A stretch of DNA of 64,000 bases from Sumerlaeia bacterium (GTDB taxonomy: Bacteria; Sumerlaeota; Sumerlaeia; SLMS01; JAHLLQ01): the NCBI GenBank assembly GCA_040219255.1, contig JAVJSW010000033.1:1-64000 (forward strand), given 5' to 3'. Made by a program: the position numbers and the translations under genes. Positions 45,552-53,580 of this stretch are shown here, piece after piece; the stretch's first letter is position 1; each line of letters opens with the position of its first letter. The notes under the pieces were generated by a model that saw only the letters and a list, made by a program, of their open reading frames with translations, did not search any database and was not told where the DNA came from.

Positions 45552-45982
45552 TCTCGCTGCTTCGCTTGGTCTTATGTGTCACGTGGTTTCTCGCGGGATT
45601 TGTCAAGCTGCAGAACCCGTACTTGTTCCTGGATGACGTGATTCAATACAGGTTGGTGGGATTCGGGGTGGCATTACTCATCGCGACCATTCTTCCAGTC
45701 ATGGAAATTTCTTTGGCCGCCGCGATCGGAACCCGGTTCTGCCTGCCTTTTGCTGCAGGACTCAGCAGCCTCCTGCTCACGGTTTTTCTGGTAGCCCAAT
45801 CGAGTGCCGTCATCAGGCAGCTCGACATATCTTGCGGATGCTTTTCCAGTTCAATAGGTGGCCAAGGTGGAGGAGTCGTCGACTACTTCACGCTCCTCAG
45901 GACGGGCGCCTTGCTGGCGATCAGCCTCTTCTTGACGATTCGGACCTTCAAGTCATATACCCGGTTACGCGACGTCATCTAG
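45506..45982 (+). CDS. MauE/DoxX family redox-associated membrane protein
   Basis: RLVLCVTWFLAGFVKL.NP..F...V..Y, LPVMEI, LDISCGCF motif. SD GGAGG. Overlaps the upstream gene. Confidence 0.85.
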   Translation: MAFPLKATRGTEHPIISLLRLVLCVTWFLAGFVKLQNPYLFLDDVIQYRLVGFGVALLIATILPVMEISLAAAIGTRFCLPFAAGLSSLLLTVFLVAQSSAVIRQLDISCGCFSSSIGGQGGGVVDYFTLLRTGALLAISLFLTIRTFKSYTRLRDVI

Positions 45983-45997
45983 GCCTGATGTGCCCCT

Positions 45998-46195
45998 TCA
46001 CCCTGCCATTTCCCCACCGGTTTTTTCTGCGGAGGCTGGGCGGGAAAGGCGGGGGCGATGGCGGACGGCGCCGCCGGAGCGGAGACGCAGTCGGTCGAGG
46101 GCGGAACGGGCGAGGGTGAGGGCGAGGTCGAGCTGCTCGTACGGGTCCATGTCCCATGAGAGGGAGTCTTCGAAGTCGTGGTGCTGGGCGATCAT
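45998..46195 (-). CDS. Small hypothetical protein
   Basis: GGAGG 11 nt before the ATG of MIAQHHDFEDSLSWDMDPYEQLDLALTLARSALDRL. No family recognised. Confidence 0.3.
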   Translation of the reverse strand: MIAQHHDFEDSLSWDMDPYEQLDLALTLARSALDRLRLRSGGAVRHRPRLSRPASAEKTGGEMAG

Positions 46196-46380
46196 GGGCG
46201 GGGTGCCTCCGTGGGCGTTGAATGTGGAGGCAGTGTAGGGGAGAGGGCGGGGCGTGGCGCGTGACAAAGTGCGGTTAAACTTGTGGGTTTTAACGGTGTG
46301 GGGCAGCGCGGAGGGGCGCGGGTTTTCTGTTCTTAACGCAAAGTGGCAGAGCAGCGAAGGTGCAAAGGGGGGCGTTTGGT

Positions 46381-46561
46381 GGCGGCAAGGAGCACGAGGT
46401 GCCCTGTCACCATCTGCTGGCCGAGTACCTGGACGCCTACATCGAGGCGGCCGGGCTCGGGGGCCGGGCGAAGGTGGCGCTATTTCAGGGTGCGCCGGGG
46501 CGGGGTCTTGAGCGGGGTGCGGCTGACGCGCGGCAGCGCCTGGTCCATGGTGCGGCGCCGG
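46381..46561 (+). pseudogene. Tyrosine recombinase/integrase fragment, frameshifted
   Basis: GGKEHEVPCHHLLAEYLDAYIEAAGL...ALF continues in another frame as LSGVRLTRGSAWSMVRRR. This is the region just before the HxxR box of phage-integrase-family proteins; both ends are missing. Confidence 0.7.
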
Positions 46562-46660
46562 TGCGCTGTTTTTCCAATTCCAGTCCAGAAAGCCGTTGCC
46601 ATCCGCAGGGGCTTGGCATTATGCGTTTCCCCAAAGCGACCAGACCGTAATTAGACCCCG

Positions 46661-48046
46661 ATGACGATGCGCCTAGGCTTCCTCTTCCCAGCGGCTGTGA
46701 CCACGGCTGCGCTGATTTCTTCCCAAGCGGACGCGGTCGAGTTCCGCCTTTCCGAGGAAGCCGCCCCTGGCGCCGCGCAGGTTTATCTGGCGGGAAGCTT
46801 CAACGGGTGGACATCCAACAGCCTCCCGCTCAACACCGATGCGAATGGCGATTGGTTCGCGTTCGTCCCGCTGGCGGATGGTCAGTACGCGTACAAGTTC
46901 GTGATAGAAGCGGGTGGGGGAGAAGTTTACTGGACCCCGGACCCGGCCAACAATGCCTACGCGCCCTCGGAAGCGGGATTCTACGATAGTCTGGTTGCCG
47001 TGGCCGACGATGCGACCACGGTTCCGGCGGGTGGCGTGGAAGTGTTCGAGTGGCGTGGCGAGGTGGAAAGCTTTGCCGGAGTGATCGGGGATTTCAACGG
47101 CTGGACCGTGGGCGGGTTTCCGATGTTGCAGGAAGGGGATGGTGTTTGGCGGGCGCGGATCGCTTTGCAGCGTCCGCTGACCTACAAGTTCTTTATCGAC
47201 GACATTTGGAAGCCAGACCCGGCGGCGGAGAATTTCCCGGATGGCTTCGGGAGCTTGAACAGTATCCGCGAGGCGGACCTCATGGTGGCGGGCGATCCGG
47301 AGGACTGGACGGCGGAGGGCGACCAATCCAGCGGATTTGCCGCCCTGAGCACGAAAAGCAAGCTGTCTCCTGAAGAGGGCCGCAAGGAGGCCCAAAAACT
47401 GGCCGATAAAGGCAAGTACGGCAAAGCGGTGCGGACGCTGCGCCAGTCCGTTCGGAAAGGCTCCATCACCGATCAGCGGGCGGCACTCACGCTGGAAGCG
47501 GAGATTCACAAGCGCTTTGGCAAATCGAACCGGGCGGCCAAGTGCTGGGAGCAAATCCTAGCCCTGCCGGCCGACAAGACGACTGGCCGCACCGGGTTTG
47601 ACACGGGCGAGGGCTCGGCCGACGTGGATCAGATCATTCATGACCTCGCCAAGTACCGCCTGTTCATGGAAGACGACGGCGCCGCGGCGCGCCTACTCTA
47701 CGATCAACTGCTGCAAGCCGCGGGCGATGACCGTCAGGTGGCTTCGATCCTTTGAGACATTGGCTATTCCTACGGCGTTGAGAAGCGATGGGAAGAAGCC
47801 CTGCTGCTTCTCGAAGAAGCGATCACGGTGGCGCCGGCGGGGGAGGGCGGCGACAATCAGTGGCTGCACTTCCTGACGGAGCTTCACAACGCCCAAGGCA
47901 CGGCGCTCTATCGTTTGGGACGTTTTGCCGACGCGAAAGCTTCCTTCGGAACCACGCTGGCGATCACTCCCTGGCCTCAAAACCAGAATTCCCAATATGC
48001 TCGCGGCTGGATCGAACGCTGCGACGCGCAATTGACGGCGGAATAA
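46661..48046 (+). CDS. Secreted protein with two CBM48/AMPK-type glycogen-binding domains and C-terminal TPRs; interrupted by an in-frame TGA at 47753-47755 (pseudogene, error or recoding)
   Basis: VYLAGSFNGW...YAYKFVI...DPAN and VIGDFNGW...YKFFIDDIWKPDP. The frame continues after TGA as DIGYSYGVEKRWEEALLLLEEAITVAP (TPR) to TAA 48046. Confidence 0.75.
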
Positions 48047-48067
48047 GAGGCGATAAAAAACACCCTC

Positions 48068-49564
48068 ATGACCGCCCGCTTCCTGTCCGCTATTCTTCCG
48101 TGCCTGTTGGCGGGCCTGCTTTTTTTCGCGACGATGCCGCTTCTGGCGGGCGATCCGCCGCCGGACCCAACGCCGACATCCGCTCCTGGCCCCGATCCGG
48201 AGCCGACGCCGGAACCTTGCCACGACAAGTTTGGCAACGAGGTGCCGTGTCCCGAAGAAGACCCGGAACCAGCGCCCGAGCCCGAACCCGAACCTGAGCC
48301 GACGCCGGAGGAACCGACGCCGACGCCTCCCACGCCGACACCCACGCATGAGCCGTGTCATGATAGTGAGGGAAATGAGATTCCCTGCCAGTATCCAGAA
48401 GAACCCACACCTGTCCCAAGTCCCACACCGGATCTTCCACCAACGCCGGAGCCGACTTCTCCTGATTCTGGTCATTGCTACAATAGCGCGGGGGAGGTTG
48501 TGTCGTGTGACGCGACGCCAACGCCGGTTCCTCCACCGACAGAGCCGCCACCGCCGGACCCGAGTCCGACGCCAGATGATGATCCGCCGCCGGGAGGGGA
48601 TGGTCCTCCGCCTCCAACGGATTCGCAGACGATAGATTGTGCGGGTTCAGATGTTACGTTCACGATAGAGATTCAGAAAGAACCCGATGATCCTATATGT
48701 GCAGGAAGTATTGTATGGGGGCAAGATGGCTTTGCGGCTATCAGGTCCGATCCATTGGAAGCATACCTACTTGTAACTAATATAGTCACCGAGCCTTTAA
48801 GCAACGAGCGACTATGCGACGTTGGCGAGCAAGTTATTTCTTGGAAGGGTGAAATGGAGTGTGGTACTGATGAGAATGGGAATGCAATTTTCGTAGATAT
48901 ATATCTTAGTTTAGAAGTGGTTTTTGAAGACTGCTGTGACCAGGCACAATGCCAGGAATTCGACACAGAATTGTGCTCATGTGTAGAAGATTGCACAGAT
49001 TGTCAAAGACCTGAGCCAGTTACCTGCCATGTTGAGGATGAGGATGGCTGTGGCTATGTATTTGATCCATGTGCTCTTTGGGGTGGACCGTTTAATCCAG
49101 GACAAGTGGGAGGAATTGTTTGCTGTGGTGGCACAATGCATGTATGTGTAGAGGAAGGGGCTCATGGCGATTGCAAGAGCAACCCTGATTCTCCTGCGTG
49201 TAGAGAGATTTACGATTGCACGCGCGCACATGAGCAAGCAGAGGTCAATTGTGGGTTAGGAGAGTGCCCAGATCATGACGGCAAAGATACTGGTATAGCA
49301 GGTCCTTCAGGCGACACCGATGAAGACAGAGAGCAGAATGAAGCCTGCTCTGATTGCGCAGGCTTGACAGCACAAATTGACTGTCTAAACAATAAATTGA
49401 ACGATCTGAGCAATATATGTCCTAATCAGGTAGAGGATCCGGCTGGATTTCAGGAATGTCTAAACGCTTTGCTAAAAGAACTGGGCAATGCCGAGAATTA
49501 CCGCTCTAGGAAGTGCAAGCGATGCTGCGATGCAATGAACTGTGACAAGCCTTGTCCCAACTAA
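48068..49564 (+). CDS. Secreted Pro-rich / Cys-rich protein, possible polymorphic toxin or adhesin
   Basis: Signal peptide, PEP/PTP-rich stalk with three CxxxxGxxxxC modules, and a lower-GC C-terminal half rich in Cys (about 39 Cys in total by hand count). Confidence 0.75.
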   Translation: MTARFLSAILPCLLAGLLFFATMPLLAGDPPPDPTPTSAPGPDPEPTPEPCHDKFGNEVPCPEEDPEPAPEPEPEPEPTPEEPTPTPPTPTPTHEPCHDSEGNEIPCQYPEEPTPVPSPTPDLPPTPEPTSPDSGHCYNSAGEVVSCDATPTPVPPPTEPPPPDPSPTPDDDPPPGGDGPPPPTDSQTIDCAGSDVTFTIEIQKEPDDPICAGSIVWGQDGFAAIRSDPLEAYLLVTNIVTEPLSNERLCDVGEQVISWKGEMECGTDENGNAIFVDIYLSLEVVFEDCCDQAQCQEFDTELCSCVEDCTDCQRPEPVTCHVEDEDGCGYVFDPCALWGGPFNPGQVGGIVCCGGTMHVCVEEGAHGDCKSNPDSPACREIYDCTRAHEQAEVNCGLGECPDHDGKDTGIAGPSGDTDEDREQNEACSDCAGLTAQIDCLNNKLNDLSNICPNQVEDPAGFQECLNALLKELGNAENYRSRKCKRCCDAMNCDKPCPN

Positions 49565-49595
49565 CAACTCAAAGAAGGCTGGAGAATAAGTGATT

Positions 49596-50288
49596 ATGCG
49601 TAAAATTTTTGAGCTTGCATTAGCCGTGACCGGAGCCCTGGCGCTTTGTGGAAGTTTGTCTGCGAATACTTGTCCTTTTGACATATATTTGCCTGTGCTT
49701 CCTGCTAGCCATAGCACTATAGTAGTCCCTACATCTGAACCTGAATTTGCGATATATCAAAATACCAATCCGACCCATGTGGTTTTTGCTCTATGGGGAA
49801 ACGGGGTTGCTATCGTGTCAAGCCGCGCTCTTGGAAGCGCCGCTTTAGATGGCGCCTTGGTCATGACTGAAGCCGTTGATTTATCTACTACGTATGGGTT
49901 GGTTCAATTTGACACTGATAAGTATAGCGAATTTTTCGCAAGCCTTGATGCCGCAGAAATTTTCCAGGCGGAACTATCTGATAGTATCTATAAAATGCCA
50001 AGTTTTCCAACAACCTTTATCAAATTTTGTGGAGATGGTAAATACTTTGGAATGACATCATATCACCAATATGCAGAATTTCGGGGCTTTGAGTTGCGGA
50101 CGACGGGCATCTTTCCGGCTGGCATGGCAGATGTGGTTCCTGCTTTGACAGAGGAGGAAATTACATTCAGGGCAAAGTGGAGCTTAGTTGTCGATTTTGT
50201 AGATTCTATTTTCTTGCAGGAAATTGACACGGCTTTTGTCGGCGACATGGGGCCTGTCCATTGGGATATGAATGTTACTAATCAATAA
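49596..50288 (+). CDS. Secreted hypothetical protein (possible immunity/partner protein)
   Basis: Signal MRKIFELALAVTGALALCGSLSA, low-GC codon use, SD GGAG, 31 bp after the Cys-rich gene. Confidence 0.65.
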   Translation: MRKIFELALAVTGALALCGSLSANTCPFDIYLPVLPASHSTIVVPTSEPEFAIYQNTNPTHVVFALWGNGVAIVSSRALGSAALDGALVMTEAVDLSTTYGLVQFDTDKYSEFFASLDAAEIFQAELSDSIYKMPSFPTTFIKFCGDGKYFGMTSYHQYAEFRGFELRTTGIFPAGMADVVPALTEEEITFRAKWSLVVDFVDSIFLQEIDTAFVGDMGPVHWDMNVTNQ

Positions 50289-50477
50289 GGGAGTGCCTGC
50301 GGCTTGTGGATTCCGCCTCCTGATTGAACTACACGCTCTAAAGTTGTCCGTATGCCAAGGCTTTGAGTTCGGCCGCGAATTTCCAATAGATTGGAAATGA
50401 TATGAAATTTATAAATAATTGTGTACCCCTTGTCCATTCTTTTGCTTCAAACGATGGTTGGTTGGGCCAGAAGACAA

Positions 50478-51605
50478 CTACTGAAAGAAGAACCGCCGCA
50501 TAGCGATATTGAGCACCAGCCCCATGAGGATATAGCAGCTCAGCAAGAAGGAGCCGCCGTAGCTGAGGAAGGGGAGGGGGAGGCCGGTGACGGGGAGGAG
50601 GCCGATGGTCATGCCGATGTTGAGGGTGACGTGGCCGAGGAGGATGGCTCCGAGGCCGATGACGACGAGGCCTCCGAAGCGGTCGCGGGCGTTTTCGGCG
50701 GCGCGGAGGAAGCGCAGCAGAATGACGCCGTAGAGACCGATGATGACGATGGCTCCGGCGAGGCCGGTTTGCTCGACGGAGCTGGCGAAGATGAAGTCGG
50801 TGTGGGCTTCGGGGAGGTAGCGGAGGACGGCCTGGGTGCCTTCGCCCCAGCCGCGGCCGGTGAGGCCTCCGTTGCCGACGGCGATGAGGCTCTGGCGAAC
50901 GTTGTAGCCCGAGCCGGTGGGGTCGCGGCCGGGATCGACGAAGGTGAGGAGGCGTTCTTTCTGGTAGTCTTTGAGGAAGGGGACGACGCTGGCGCAGGAG
51001 GCGATGCCTCCGAGAATGAGGGCGATGAGGATCCAGCGTTTGACCCCGGCCCAGTACATCATGCCGAAGAAGAGGATGATGAAGAGGGAGGCGGTGCCCA
51101 GGTCGGGTTGTTTGAGGATCAGCATCATGGGGATGGCGACGATGATGCCGGGGAGGATGAGGTCTTTGATGCCGCGGACGCCGTGGGGTCGGGTGGCCCA
51201 GTATTGGGCGAGGAGGAGGACGGTGACGACCTTCATGGTTTCGGAGGGCTGGAAGCTGACGGGGCCGAGGCGGAACCAGGAGCGGGCGCCATTGACGGTG
51301 GTACCGGCGATGAGGACGAAGACGAGGAGGCCGAGGTTGGCGATGTAGGCCCAGGGGGCGAGGCGGCCGAGCCAGCGGTAGTCGAGCATGAGGGCTGCGG
51401 CGAGGCCGCAGAGGGCGATGCCGAACCATGTGATCTGGCGTCCGGCGGCGGCGACGAGGGCGTCGTTGCCCTGGACGCAGCCGAAGAGGAGCCAGAGGCC
51501 GAGGACAGTGAGGAGGACGACAGAGCCGAGAAGGATCCAGTCCATGTAGCGGGCGGCGGCGAGGAAGGTGGCGAGGCGGAAGGGCGGGTCCTGGGTGTCC
51601 TCCAT
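50478..51605 (-). CDS. rodA: Rod shape-determining protein RodA (SEDS family)
   Basis: GARSW...FQPSE.MK, QPDLGT, YQKERLLTF.DP, GYNVRQSLIAVGNGGLTGRG, LPEAHTDFIF, PVTGLPLPFLSYGGS. Confidence 0.93.
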   Translation of the reverse strand: MEDTQDPPFRLATFLAAARYMDWILLGSVVLLTVLGLWLLFGCVQGNDALVAAAGRQITWFGIALCGLAAALMLDYRWLGRLAPWAYIANLGLLVFVLIAGTTVNGARSWFRLGPVSFQPSETMKVVTVLLLAQYWATRPHGVRGIKDLILPGIIVAIPMMLILKQPDLGTASLFIILFFGMMYWAGVKRWILIALILGGIASCASVVPFLKDYQKERLLTFVDPGRDPTGSGYNVRQSLIAVGNGGLTGRGWGEGTQAVLRYLPEAHTDFIFASSVEQTGLAGAIVIIGLYGVILLRFLRAAENARDRFGGLVVIGLGAILLGHVTLNIGMTIGLLPVTGLPLPFLSYGGSFLLSCYILMGLVLNIAMRRFFFQ

Positions 51606-51761
51606 GAGGACCGGATGGAGGCCGGAGGAGGCTGCCCGGGGGCTGATGACAGAGTTTTTTTGTTGGCGGCGGAAAGCCAAGGGGCCCGTTCTCCCAGTCG
51701 GATAAGGGAGATACGTGAGGGGGAAGGGGCAAGAATGGCAAGGCGAGAGGGGCGGGGGGAC

Positions 51762-51790
51762 TTGACGCCCGGTTTGGAGCGGGTCAATCT
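51762..51790 (+). promoter_or_regulatory. Possible sigma70-type promoter for the GH13 operon
   Basis: TTGACG-17 nt-CAATCT, about 35 nt upstream of the start. Confidence 0.35.
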
Positions 51791-51825
51791 CGGCGGAAAT
51801 CTTCTTTTTTTGAAGGACGACGGAA

Positions 51826-53580
51826 ATGATGCGCTTTCAGCTTTGCCTTGCCGCGCTGTGTGTCGCGGCGATTCAGACGATCGCTCCGGCCCAGGTGCTG
51901 GATCTGACGGGGACGTGGACTTACCGGGAAGACCCGGAGGAAATCGGTGAGGAGCAGGGTTGGCAGAAGCCCGGCGCCGACACGGCGGATTGGGGCGAGG
52001 CGGAGGTGCCTGGCGATATCGGCGATTACGATGGGGTGGTGTGGTACCGCAAGACGGTGGACGTGCCCGGGGATGTGGCGTCCGATCCGGAGGCGCGGCT
52101 GTTTTTCGGTCAGGTGGACGACATCACGGAGTTGTACCTGAACGGCGAGAAGGTGTACCGCCATCCGTTCTGGAACACGCCGTTCTTTGTGGAGATCGGC
52201 GATCATGTGCCGCGTGAGGGCGGCGAGCTGTCGATCGTGGCGAAGGTGACGGACGTCGGCGGGCCCGGGGGGATCCTGGGGCCGGTGCGGATCGGGCCGC
52301 TGGAGGACTGGAAGTCGCTGCTGACGACGCCGGCGTATGAACTGTCGCCCCGGTCGACGCTGGCCGAGGTGGGCAATCTGGTGATGTATTCCGTGTACGT
52401 GCGGAATTTTTCCGAGGAGGGAACTTTCGAGGGGTTGCGCGAGCGCCTGCCGGAATTGAAGGGGCTTGGTGTGAATTGCCTGTGGCTCCTGCCGATCCAC
52501 CCGATCGGCGAGGTGGAGCGGAAAGGCCCGGACGGCAGTCCATACGCCATCGCGGATTACCTGGATGTGAACCCGGACCTGGGGACGAAGGCGGACTTCA
52601 AGGCTATGGTGGAAGACGCCCACGAGCACGGCATGCGGGTGATTATCGACTGTGTATTCAATCACACGGCGCACGACAGCGTGCTGACGCGCGAGCACCC
52701 GGAGTGGTTCCTGCAGGATGAGGAGGGCAATCCGCGGCCGGACGTGGCGGCCTGGCAGGACGTGGTGGATTTCGCCTATGGCGATCCGGAGGTGGAAGCG
52801 GAGCTGTATCCGTACCTGTGGAATGTGCTGGATTACTGGGTGCGGGAGTTCGATATCGACGGCTACCGCTGCGACGTGGCGGACCTGGTGCCGGCGGAGT
52901 TCTGGGCGGAGGCGCGGCAGCGGCTGGAGGCGATCAAGCCGGGCGGGATCATCATGCTGGCGGAGTCGCAATCGAGCCATCACCACCTGAATGGCTTTGA
53001 CATCACTTACAACGAGGGGCTGCACGAGTTGGCCCGGATGGTCATGGAGGGCGAGGCGGAGCCGCTGTCGCTGAAGATCGATGTGCTGCGGCGTCAGTAC
53101 AGTATGCCGAAAGGTGCGCCGGAATTGCTTTTTTCGGAAAACCATGACAAGCAACGGGCGGTCAACTTCTACGGAGGCCCGGAGAAGGCGAAATTGGCGG
53201 GGGCTTTGGTGGCCACTCTGCCCGGTGTGCCGTTGCTGTACACGGGAACGGAAGTGGGCGCCGATGCCGAGCGCAACGAAACGTTCTTCACGGTGTCTCC
53301 CGTGGATTTCTCCAGCGATCCGCATGGGATGCGGGCGTTCTGGACGTCGCTGCTGGCGATGCGGGCGGCGAGCCCTGCTTTGCAGACCGGAGCCTTTATT
53401 CCGGTGGAGGCCAGCCCGGAAGGCGCGATTTTCGCCTTCGAGCGCCGCACGCGGCACGACCGGGCGCTGGTGATCGCCAATTTGAGCGGCGAAACCGTGA
53501 CGGCGGAGTTGGACCACGATCTGTCACCGACGAAGGATGTGACCCTTGGAGCTTATCGATGGACGATTTTCCGGAACTGA
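51826..53580 (+). CDS. Secreted GH13 alpha-amylase-family enzyme with N-terminal galactose-binding-like (GH2_N-type) domain
   Basis: YDGVVWYRK...GQVDD...LYLNG...GGPGGI domain. GH13 regions DCVFNH, DGYRCDVA, LAES, ENHD. Confidence 0.92.
   Translation: MMRFQLCLAALCVAAIQTIAPAQVLDLTGTWTYREDPEEIGEEQGWQKPGADTADWGEAEVPGDIGDYDGVVWYRKTVDVPGDVASDPEARLFFGQVDDITELYLNGEKVYRHPFWNTPFFVEIGDHVPREGGELSIVAKVTDVGGPGGILGPVRIGPLEDWKSLLTTPAYELSPRSTLAEVGNLVMYSVYVRNFSEEGTFEGLRERLPELKGLGVNCLWLLPIHPIGEVERKGPDGSPYAIADYLDVNPDLGTKADFKAMVEDAHEHGMRVIIDCVFNHTAHDSVLTREHPEWFLQDEEGNPRPDVAAWQDVVDFAYGDPEVEAELYPYLWNVLDYWVREFDIDGYRCDVADLVPAEFWAEARQRLEAIKPGGIIMLAESQSSHHHLNGFDITYNEGLHELARMVMEGEAEPLSLKIDVLRRQYSMPKGAPELLFSENHDKQRAVNFYGGPEKAKLAGALVATLPGVPLLYTGTEVGADAERNETFFTVSPVDFSSDPHGMRAFWTSLLAMRAASPALQTGAFIPVEASPEGAIFAFERRTRHDRALVIANLSGETVTAELDHDLSPTKDVTLGAYRWTIFRN

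Noticed and set aside
42736-45982. Known RiPP class (lanthipeptide, ranthipeptide, bufferin/MNIO, classical class II bacteriocin)
   Set aside because: No LanM/LanBC, radical SAM, YcaO, DUF692 or peptidase-containing ABC transporter is encoded in the cluster or the window.
50421-51950. Very acidic 509-aa plus-strand ORF
   Set aside because: It is the antisense mirror of rodA: C-ending Leu/Ile/Phe/Val codons read as Glu/Asp on the other strand.
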